Assembly: GCA_942493095.1 (NCBI GenBank)
Contig: OW818675.1
Coordinates: 2,850,001-2,882,000 of the forward strand
Direction: 5' to 3'
Source of the DNA: Candidatus Electronema halotolerans
GTDB lineage: Bacteria; Desulfobacterota; Desulfobulbia; Desulfobulbales; Desulfobulbaceae
Length of the DNA stretch: 32,000 bases
Both the position numbers and the translations under genes were made by a program. How positions within the stretch are numbered: the first letter of the stretch is position 1; every line of letters begins with the position of its first letter. The notes beneath the pieces are model-generated. The model saw nothing but the letters and a program-made list of their open reading frames with translations. It made no database searches and had not been told where the DNA came from. Of this stretch, positions 18,012 to 25,257 are shown in pieces.

Positions 18012-19193
18012 CTACTCCTTACCATCCATCACTTTTTCGCAATGTAAAAAACAAGGGAGGCAGGGGACGGAGCATCTGAGCGTATCTTCTGAGCAGCCTG
18101 AGTCCTCTTTTGAAATAAGAACAGACACTTCTCCAAGTTTTTCTGACGACTGGCGGCAGCTCATGCTGTTCCGCATCCTTGTCGGCAACGTCGTCAAATC
18201 CGAAATTTTCAGTTTTTTTTCTCTTAGAAGCGGGTTCCGCATCCTGTCGCGGAGTCCGGCGAGTACGCACCAGTGCATGGCGACCGAGAGGATCAGCATC
18301 AGTCTGGCGATTCTGTCGGCGCGCTCCAGTTTTGTGTCCTCCAGACCGAACCCCCTGGTTTTGAAATCGCTGAACATGGCCTCGCATCCCCAGCGCATGC
18401 CGTAATCAAGTGTTTTATAATAATTTGGCTCAGTTCCTCCGACTGCCAGCAGCCAAGGCTCATCATGTCCCGGCTCCTGGAGAATGCTTAAATTTGTCTG
18501 AACCCGCTGTTCTGTCAGATAAATATTTTTCATAAGCAGTTCCTTGCGACCTTTCTTTTCAGCAGGAACAAGGTCCGCAAGAGATGTCTCATCGCCGGCC
18601 TCATTGAAAACTTTAAGATTTTCCTTGAGGCGGAGCCGATAATCCCAGCCGCTGCGGTGGCAGAATGCAATCAGCGGCGCTTGACCGTAAAAACGGTCGC
18701 CGAGCAGCAGCACTCTGCTGCCCTCTGGAAGGAATGATTTTATTTTTTCAAGAAGTTCCATGCAGATATCCGAGCCGATATTGCCCTGTCCTTTTCGGAC
18801 CCGCCATAGCAGAGGCAGGGCCCGACCGCCGAAGCGCAATGACAGCGAAAGAATGCCGAAACGGTCGGATAGCTGCGTCTGGTCAATGCACAGAATCAGC
18901 GTTTCTCCCGAAGCGGAGGCCGTCTCCAATGCCTGACGGATGAAAGGCCGCATCACATCATCATTGTCGATTGAGTCTGTGCTCAGGAAACGGCTTAACC
19001 ACTGATATCGCATGTCAATCCGTTCTGTTTCCAGCGGAAGGACAGCCGCCATGTCCATAGTATTGCAACTCTGAACTTCCAAAACCGCCGCCGCGCACAA
19101 GCTTAACTTGCGCAGAGGATTCCTGTTAATTCCGGGCAAAACGTCCCGCAGGCCGGACGAGATTTCCTCTGCCAGATGACTGATCGTGCTCAT
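18012..19193 (-). CDS. IS4-family DDE transposase
   Basis: LCIDQTQLS, LLLGDRFYG and YGMRWGCEAMFSDFK (Y-(2)-R-(3)-E-(6)-K signature). Confidence 0.88.
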   Translation of the reverse strand: MSTISHLAEEISSGLRDVLPGINRNPLRKLSLCAAAVLEVQSCNTMDMAAVLPLETERIDMRYQWLSRFLSTDSIDNDDVMRPFIRQALETASASGETLILCIDQTQLSDRFGILSLSLRFGGRALPLLWRVRKGQGNIGSDICMELLEKIKSFLPEGSRVLLLGDRFYGQAPLIAFCHRSGWDYRLRLKENLKVFNEAGDETSLADLVPAEKKGRKELLMKNIYLTEQRVQTNLSILQEPGHDEPWLLAVGGTEPNYYKTLDYGMRWGCEAMFSDFKTRGFGLEDTKLERADRIARLMLILSVAMHWCVLAGLRDRMRNPLLREKKLKISDLTTLPTRMRNSMSCRQSSEKLGEVSVLISKEDSGCSEDTLRCSVPCLPCFLHCEKVMDGKE

Positions 19194-19281
19194 ATTTCAC
19201 AGAGTTTGAATAAACGAATTGTTTTTTCAATCTTTTTACTCCGGCGTTCAAGCTCTGTCAAGAAAAGTGATGGATGGTAAG
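18018..19281 (-). mobile_element. IS4-family insertion sequence nested in the IS66-family terminus
   Basis: 19-20 bp perfect terminal inverted repeats (C)CTTACCATCCATCACTTTT ... AAAAGTGATGGATGGTAAG(G). Direct repeat GTAACTACTC at 18008-18017 and 19282-19291; 8-bp and 10-bp TSD readings are both possible. Confidence 0.9.
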
Positions 19282-19309
19282 GTAACTACTCAGGCATCCG
19301 CCAAGCCTC

Positions 19310-20818
19310 TTGACAAAATCAACAGGTAAAGATTATGCTGCCGTTATGAATTTCAGTGTTCCTAGTGAAAAAGAAGTCCGTGCTGCATACGCAGAAGGCG
19401 AAGAAGCGGTCGTCGCCCTGTTTAGCAGTATAACTGCGCAGGTTGAAAACCTCGCCGCTCAGTCAGCCAAGCAGTCCGAGATATTGAAGGATTTGCAGGC
19501 CCGGCTGTCGAAAAACAGTCGGAACAGCGGAAAACCGCCTTCGAGCGATGGATACGGTAAAGCGAAGCGAACGGAAAGTCTGAGAGAGTCCGGCAGGAAG
19601 CCGAACGGCGGCCAGCCAGGTCATCAAGGGCATACTCTTGAGCGGTCTGCGGCGCCGGATTCTACGGAGAGGTATAAACCCGAGGAATGCGCGGCTTGCA
19701 AAATGTCGCTTGCGGATGTCGTCGCTGTCGGAGAGGAGGAACGGCAGGTTTATGATATTCCGGCGATTCGGATTGAAGTGACCTCGCATCGAGCGGAAAT
19801 AAAAATCTGTCCCGGCTGCGGCACGGAAAACAGAGGCAAATTCCCGGAAAACGTCGGACAGGGCATCCGTTACGGCACGGGGGTAAAAACTTGGGCGGCA
19901 TATTTCGCGAACCAGCATCATATTCCGCTTGAACGGGCTGCGCAGATTATCGAAGACCTGACCGGGCATTCCGTCTCCGAGGGTTCGCTGCTGAAGGCAT
20001 CGGAAGAGCTTTGCGGATGCGTGCGTCCTTCAACGGAAGCAGTCGAAAAACTGCTCATGAATACCGATGTGTTACATGCCGATGAAAGCGGAGTCCGCGT
20101 GAAAGGGAAGCTGCACTGGCTGCATGTCGCTTCGACGAACTGCCTCACCCATTATTCGGTGCATGAAAAACGGGGAAAAGAGGCGATGGACGCAGCGGGA
20201 ATCCTTGGAAAGTTCACAGGAACAGCGACGCATGATCATTGGAAATCGTACTTCAGCTATGAAAACTGCGGTCATGCGCTGTGCAATGCGCATCATCTCC
20301 GGGAACTCAAGTTCATAGAAAAACAGTACGGACAAGTTTGGGCCGACGAGATGGCCGAGCTGCTGCTTGAAATAAAAGGCGCGGCTGAAAAGCTGAAGCC
20401 GGATCGGGACGGCTTCACGCCGGAGAAGATCGAAGAATTTGAGCGGCGGTATGATGAAATCGTCCGACGGGGTTTTGCGGACAATCCGTTCACTCCGCCT
20501 AATGAGAAAAAACGAGGACGGGTGAAGAAGACTCCGCCGCTCAATTTGCTGACACGGATGCGTGATTACAGGGCGGAGACCCTCGCATTCATGTATGATT
20601 TCCGGGTTCCGTTCGACAACAACGCGGCGGAAAGAGATGTGCGGATGATCAAGGTCAAGCAGAAGGTTTCCGGCTGCTTCCGAACACTTGAGGGGGCAGA
20701 ACGATTCGCCTGTATCCGGGGATATATCTCCACGGTCCGTAAAAATTCAAGAAACATTTTTGAAGCGATCAAAGATGCTTTCCTTGGAAGTCCTTTTATC
20801 CCCGATGCCGCAGTATAA
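19310..20818 (+). CDS. IS66-family transposase (TnpC-type)
   Basis: 502 aa with TTG start; KNSRNSGKPPSSDGYGK, ADESGVRVKGKLHWLHVAST, GTATHDHWKSYF, CNAHHLRELKFIEKQ, FDNNAAERDVRMIKVKQKVSGCFRT. Confidence 0.95.
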   Translation: MTKSTGKDYAAVMNFSVPSEKEVRAAYAEGEEAVVALFSSITAQVENLAAQSAKQSEILKDLQARLSKNSRNSGKPPSSDGYGKAKRTESLRESGRKPNGGQPGHQGHTLERSAAPDSTERYKPEECAACKMSLADVVAVGEEERQVYDIPAIRIEVTSHRAEIKICPGCGTENRGKFPENVGQGIRYGTGVKTWAAYFANQHHIPLERAAQIIEDLTGHSVSEGSLLKASEELCGCVRPSTEAVEKLLMNTDVLHADESGVRVKGKLHWLHVASTNCLTHYSVHEKRGKEAMDAAGILGKFTGTATHDHWKSYFSYENCGHALCNAHHLRELKFIEKQYGQVWADEMAELLLEIKGAAEKLKPDRDGFTPEKIEEFERRYDEIVRRGFADNPFTPPNEKKRGRVKKTPPLNLLTRMRDYRAETLAFMYDFRVPFDNNAAERDVRMIKVKQKVSGCFRTLEGAERFACIRGYISTVRKNSRNIFEAIKDAFLGSPFIPDAAV

Positions 20819-20825
20819 AACGAGT

Positions 20826-20862
20826 AAGGCCGTCTTCAGCACTTCTGAAAACGGCCTTTTTT
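20826..20862 (+). terminator. Rho-independent terminator inside the IS66-family right end
   Basis: AAGGCCGTcTTCAG-cactt-CTGAAaACGGCCTTTTTT. Confidence 0.85.
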
Positions 20863-20880
20863 GTCAGGCTGAGTAGTTAC

Positions 20881-20955
20881 CATTCCCCGTTCTTTGAGAC
20901 GGGCAACCAGTTCAGAATATTCTAAATGAGGCTTGACGACAGGAGGGGAAGGCAT
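20881..20955 (-). pseudogene. Severed N-terminal fragment (25 codons) of the Abi_2-family gene
   Basis: Minus-strand ATG at 20955: MPSPPVVKPHLEYSELVARLKERGM, ending in the 8-bp duplication and in phase with the 17073-18002 ORF. Confidence 0.85.
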
Positions 20956-21029
20956 GGGCAGCAGAAACAAGAAGGCCCGACCGTGATACAGATCATGTCT
21001 GTAACAGGGGATCGGGCACGGTTATGTAT

Positions 21030-21057
21030 ATAATACAACAACAGGGTAATTTGTCAA
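21030..21057 (-). promoter_or_regulatory. Predicted sigma-70 promoter upstream of the Abi_2 gene
   Basis: TTGACA (21057-21052), 16-nt spacer, TATTAT (21035-21030) on the minus strand. Confidence 0.6.
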
Positions 21058-21098
21058 TATCTGGAGGAAGAACCGCTGTTTTTTTATCATGCAAGAAA

Positions 21099-21278
21099 TT
21101 ACCCGTGCTGGCGAATTGCTCCGAGCTGTTCGGCAGTTCGGGTCAGCAGACAACCCAAGGCATTAAGGCGTGCTCCCGCAATTTGAAAGTACTGTTCATC
21201 TGCCAAATATACTTCATATCTCAAGCGGTCAAAAGTTTTCTGGTGCATATTCTTGGGCTTGAACAGAACAAGTTCCAT
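21099..21278 (-). CDS. Small hypothetical ORF (59 aa)
   Basis: MELVLFKPKNMHQKTFDRLRYEVYLADEQYFQIAGARLNALGCLLTRTAEQLGAIRQHG, translated by hand. Lies between hsdR and the Abi_2 promoter and is absent from the ORF track, which appears to have a 60-aa cutoff. Confidence 0.3.
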   Translation of the reverse strand: MELVLFKPKNMHQKTFDRLRYEVYLADEQYFQIAGARLNALGCLLTRTAEQLGAIRQHG

Positions 21279-21395
21279 CAGGCTTTCAGAAGCGTTTAAC
21301 CGTCTTCTTATCTTTCTGGATTTGCGGGCAAGCCGGGCGCATCTGTCTTCCTGCTGGCTTGCATATAAACATTCAGGCCATGAAGGAAAGCAAGG

Positions 21396-24300
21396 TCATC
21401 TTGCCGCTGCATTCATCCGAGCATAGACCTTGTTCCGCATCCATGTCCTGACCACGCCGCCGAACTCTTCATTCCCCAATATCTTTTCAAAGAGCTGCTG
21501 GTTCTGCTCCATGCGTTCAACAAGCATTCTCTCGAACAGCTCATCAAAGGGATATTTGAAGGTGTCAACGCTGTTGGCCTCAGCCTGTGTCTGCAAGGTC
21601 TGATCCTGCATCAGGCCAGTTTCAATCTGATCAAAGAAGAGCCGGTCGGTTTCATTCAGCTCCGTGCCGAACCGCTCATTGAGCAGCTCGATGATTTCAG
21701 AGAGGGCCGCCTTTTCCTCCTTGTCCCTCTTGATTCCCGCTTCAGTTATTCCGTCCAGCTCTCCATCCGTGTTTGCCGCAAGCTCTATAGCCCCTTCTTT
21801 GATCTTTTGCAGGCGGTAGTATTCCAAGGCAATTTCATCAGTCACCCGCATCTGTTCGGACAAATCGCCCTTGGGCAGCTTGCTGCATAACAGGCGGGCA
21901 TAGGCAAAAAACTTCTCAAAGTCCGGCTCATGGAAGGGCATAATCTGGGCCATGAACGCATACAGCTTGCACCAAGTGCGCAGCCCCTTCCTGAATTCGT
22001 CCTTTTCCTCTTGGCTTGCTATGGCCGTATAGCGGTCAACAGCCGGATCAAGGCAGGCGTTCAGCTCGCCCTGCGTCCTGCTGCTCATCCGGGCGGCAGG
22101 CTGAAAGTAAATGCGGGCGAACGCCTCAACTTCAGACTGCCAGTAAATCTGCTTGGCATCCAGCTTGCCTTTCAGGTCATAGAGATGATTCGGGGACGGC
22201 TCATCTTTGCCTGCGGTCAGCTCATAGTAGGGCTGAAAGGATTGCAGAATGGTCTCCCGGTCATTGGCAAAGTCCAAGACAAAGGTGTCTTCCTTGCCCG
22301 GACAGGTGCGGTTGAGGCGGGAAAGAGTCTGCACCGCCTTGACCCCGGCCAGCTTCTTGTCCACGTACATGGTGTGCAGGAGCGGCTGATCAAAGCCGGT
22401 CTGAAACTTGTCGGCGCAGATGAGAATTTTGTATTCATCGCGTTCAAAGAGTGTCGGCAGCTCACTTTCACGGCAGCCGGTGAGCTGCGGTTCAGTCACG
22501 CCGTCCGGGGAATCATCGTCAATTACCTTGCCGGAAAAGGCCACCAGAACCTTGATATCGTGACAGTGCTTCTCGGCAAGCTGCCGTTTGAACTCATCAA
22601 AATAGCGTTTGGCATGAAGCCGGGAGCCAGTCACCAGCATGGCCTTGGCTCTGCCGCCTATTTGCTTGCTGACCACTTCCCGGAAATGCCTGATGATGAT
22701 TTCCGTTTTCTGGGCCAGATTATGCGGATGCAACGAGATGAAGCGGCCTATGGCCTGCGCTGTTTTCTTTTTGTTGAGCTGCGGATCATCTTCAATGGCT
22801 TTGGAGAGCCGGTAATACAGCTCATAGGTGGTGTAATGCGCCAGCACGTCGAGAATGAAGCCCTCTTCAATCGCCTGCCGCATCGAATAGAGGTGAAAGG
22901 GCTGCGGCCTGCCTTGGCTGTCCTTCCGGCCAAAGACCTCCAAGGTCTTAAATTTCGGCGTGGCGGTGAACGCGAAAAAAGACAGGTTTTTCTGTTGGCC
23001 CCGGACAGCGCAGGCTTTCTCCACCATGTCCCGGATTTCATCTTCCGGGTCATAGTCAGAGGCTTCCGCCTGCTCCGCTTCCTCCAAGGATTTGGCCATG
23101 AGCGCGGCTTTCATTTTATTGCTGGCCTCGCCGCCTTGGGAGCTGTGGGCCTCATCAATGAGCACGGCGTAGCGGCGTTCCGGCAGGTCTTTGACCGCCT
23201 CAAGGACAAAGGGAAACTTCTGCAAGGTGGTGATGATGACCGGCACGCAGCGTTGCAGAGCCTCGGCAAGCTGGCTGCTGCCCTTGTCGATTCGCTGCAC
23301 CACGCCGGTTTTATGCTCGAACTGATAGACCGTGTTTTGCAACTGCTGATCCAAGACCCTGCGGTCAGTAACCAAGATCACCGCGTCAAAGATGCGCTCA
23401 TCTGCGGCATTGTGCAGGCTGGCCAGCCGGTAGGCCAGCCATGCGATGGTGTTGCTTTTGCCTGATCCGGCGGAATGCTGAATCAGATAATTTTTGCCCG
23501 CGCCCTGCTCCCGGACATCTGCGGTTATTTTCCGCACTGCATCAAGCTGATGAAAGCGGGGAAAGATCAGCTTTTCCTTTTTCACAGTGCGGTTGTCCAC
23601 CTGCTCTTCTTCAACATGCAGATGAGCAAATCGCTGCAAGATTTCCAGCAGGCTGTCTTTGGCAAGAATTTCCTCCCAGAGATAGGCGGTTTTGCAGCCT
23701 TCCCGCGTCGGCGGATTGCCTTTGCCGTGGTCACAGCCGCGATTGAAGGGCAGCCAGAAGGTCTGGGAGCCGTTCAGCCGGGTGGTCATCCAAACTTCAT
23801 CTGCATCAACCGCGAAATACACCAAGGCCCGTTTTTTGAAGGCAAAGAGCAGTTCCTTGCTGTCGCGGGTGCTGGCGTACTGGCGTTTGGCGTGGTTGGC
23901 ATTCTGACCGGTGAGCTGGTTTTTCAGCTCGACAGTGGCCACCGGCACCCCGTTCAGAGAGAGCACCAGATCAACGGAGTTCTTGTTTTTGCTGCTGTAA
24001 TAGACCTGCCTGCACACGGCAAGACGGTTCTGGCGGTACAGCTCGGCAGTGTCCGGGTTCAGGCCGCTTTCCGGCTTGAAACAGGCCATGCGGAATCGGA
24101 CTCCGTACTCAGTGAAGCCGTTGCGGAGAACGTCGAGAGAGCCGCGCAAGTCCATTTCCTGACAGAGGCGGTGAATCACCTTGCCTGCTGCCGCGTCGCC
24201 GTGAATGGCGGCAAGACGCGCCCAAGCGTGCGGCTGGGTGCATTGCAGGAAGGCAAGCAGCTCCTGCTTGAACAGGCCGGTTTCCGGGTCATACTCCGCA

Positions 24301-24413
24301 GACTGGCCCTGCGCATAGCCGCCGCGTTCAGTCAGGCTGGCGACTATGGCGGATTCAAAAGACGCTTCACTGGTGATGGAGATTGGAGAATTGACAGTTG
24401 ACAATGTGTTCAC
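21396..24413 (-). CDS. hsdR: Type I restriction enzyme, R (endonuclease/translocase) subunit
   Basis: 1005 aa, GTG start; nuclease-type EYDPETGL...VELKNQLTG, and SF2 motifs (HSAGSGKSNTIAWLA, VLVTDRRVLDQQL, DEAHSSQGG, FAFTATPK). Confidence 0.95.
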   Translation of the reverse strand: MNTLSTVNSPISITSEASFESAIVASLTERGGYAQGQSAEYDPETGLFKQELLAFLQCTQPHAWARLAAIHGDAAAGKVIHRLCQEMDLRGSLDVLRNGFTEYGVRFRMACFKPESGLNPDTAELYRQNRLAVCRQVYYSSKNKNSVDLVLSLNGVPVATVELKNQLTGQNANHAKRQYASTRDSKELLFAFKKRALVYFAVDADEVWMTTRLNGSQTFWLPFNRGCDHGKGNPPTREGCKTAYLWEEILAKDSLLEILQRFAHLHVEEEQVDNRTVKKEKLIFPRFHQLDAVRKITADVREQGAGKNYLIQHSAGSGKSNTIAWLAYRLASLHNAADERIFDAVILVTDRRVLDQQLQNTVYQFEHKTGVVQRIDKGSSQLAEALQRCVPVIITTLQKFPFVLEAVKDLPERRYAVLIDEAHSSQGGEASNKMKAALMAKSLEEAEQAEASDYDPEDEIRDMVEKACAVRGQQKNLSFFAFTATPKFKTLEVFGRKDSQGRPQPFHLYSMRQAIEEGFILDVLAHYTTYELYYRLSKAIEDDPQLNKKKTAQAIGRFISLHPHNLAQKTEIIIRHFREVVSKQIGGRAKAMLVTGSRLHAKRYFDEFKRQLAEKHCHDIKVLVAFSGKVIDDDSPDGVTEPQLTGCRESELPTLFERDEYKILICADKFQTGFDQPLLHTMYVDKKLAGVKAVQTLSRLNRTCPGKEDTFVLDFANDRETILQSFQPYYELTAGKDEPSPNHLYDLKGKLDAKQIYWQSEVEAFARIYFQPAARMSSRTQGELNACLDPAVDRYTAIASQEEKDEFRKGLRTWCKLYAFMAQIMPFHEPDFEKFFAYARLLCSKLPKGDLSEQMRVTDEIALEYYRLQKIKEGAIELAANTDGELDGITEAGIKRDKEEKAALSEIIELLNERFGTELNETDRLFFDQIETGLMQDQTLQTQAEANSVDTFKYPFDELFERMLVERMEQNQQLFEKILGNEEFGGVVRTWMRNKVYARMNAAAR

Positions 24414-24484
24414 CCCTCGCTGCGGTCGAACTTGATAACCAAGGTGCTCTTGGCAGGCCTTGGGTTAGGCGTTACGCAGTTGAG

Positions 24485-24565
24485 CATGGTTTCGATTCAA
24501 TCAAATGCATGCATTCGTGCCAATCAAATGCATGGTTTCGATCCGATCAAATGCATGCATTTGTA
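24485..24565. repeat. Two tandem copies (period 46 bp) of a 35-bp sequence between hsdS and hsdR
   Basis: GCATGGTTTCGATTCAATCAAATGCATGCATTCGT and GCATGGTTTCGATCCGATCAAATGCATGCATTTGT, with a partial CAATCAAATGCATGG between them. Confidence 0.8.
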
Positions 24566-24567
24566 TG

Positions 24568-25257
24568 TTACGAATGCGTAGAGTTGTGTTGTACGGAGGC
24601 ATAGTCTCTTACGTCAATCTTGCCAGTCACGGCTTCGGAAATTAATGCGGTGCGGTATTCCTTGAGCAGCTCGATTTGCCGCTCTTTCTTGGCAATCAGG
24701 CTGTCTATTTCTGCGGTCTTGCGGTCAAGGAAAGCGGCAATGGTGGTTTGTTCTTGGAGACAAGGGATTGCACAATAAAAAGATTTATATTTCTCAACAG
24801 AAAGGGATGGAACAGCCCCAGGATTAACAAACCAATCAAAATCAATAATGCTATGTAGGTAGAAATTAAAATTCCAATTCAACTTATCTGGTTCTATTCC
24901 AATACAATTATTATCAATAATACACGATTTTAAGATTATTTTTCTATGATTTTTCCTTAAAGATTCACCGATCTTAGCCGTTACAAGTGAATTCACAGGA
25001 ATAAGATTCCAATTATGCTTTTCAATGGTATCTTTAGAAACATAATTATTCGCTTTTTCAACATATTTTTCATTGCCGTTAATATCGCTAACCTTTAAAA
25101 AAGGTATATCTCCATCAAGATTACCTTGCTCATCATGAGGAAAGCCATTTCCTGAATGATCTTTTACAAGGTATTTTACCTTTACAACTGCCCACTCTTC
25201 AGGTAATTCACCAATCCACTCAACCCCTGAATCTTTGTATTTCGGATAAGGCTTCAT
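24568..25257 (-). CDS. hsdS: Type I restriction specificity subunit, half-size (one target-recognition domain)
   Basis: 229 aa; YPKYKDSGVEWIGELPEEW at the N-terminus and QTTIAAFLDRKTAEIDSLIAKKERQIELLKEYRTALISEAVTGKIDVR at the C-terminus. Start overlaps the hsdM stop. Confidence 0.88.
   Translation of the reverse strand: MKPYPKYKDSGVEWIGELPEEWAVVKVKYLVKDHSGNGFPHDEQGNLDGDIPFLKVSDINGNEKYVEKANNYVSKDTIEKHNWNLIPVNSLVTAKIGESLRKNHRKIILKSCIIDNNCIGIEPDKLNWNFNFYLHSIIDFDWFVNPGAVPSLSVEKYKSFYCAIPCLQEQTTIAAFLDRKTAEIDSLIAKKERQIELLKEYRTALISEAVTGKIDVRDYASVQHNSTHS

Larger units (their letters stand above)
18008..20880 (+). mobile_element. IS66-family element (single tnpC-type ORF), interrupted at its left end by an IS4-family element
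   Basis: Reconstructed left terminus GTAACTACTCAG (18008-18017 joined to 19292) matches the reverse complement of the right terminus CTGAGTAGTTAC (20869-20880). Flanked by 8-bp CATTCCCC. Confidence 0.88.

Noticed and set aside
18000-20890. Simple adjacent insertion of two independent IS elements
   Set aside because: The direct-repeat pattern (CATTCCCC outside, GTAACTACTC inside) and the reconstructed inverted repeats show nesting, not side-by-side insertion.
21930-23465. 511-aa plus-strand ORF
   Set aside because: Antisense to hsdR helicase motifs; a low-quality mirror translation.
24485-24565. Possible mini CRISPR array
   Set aside because: Only two 35-bp copies with an 11-bp gap, the gap itself contains a partial repeat core, and there are no cas genes.
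24398-24604. 68-aa plus-strand ORF across the hsdR-hsdS gap
   Set aside because: Mostly a translation of repeated non-coding DNA and overlaps both gene ends; no support as a gene.
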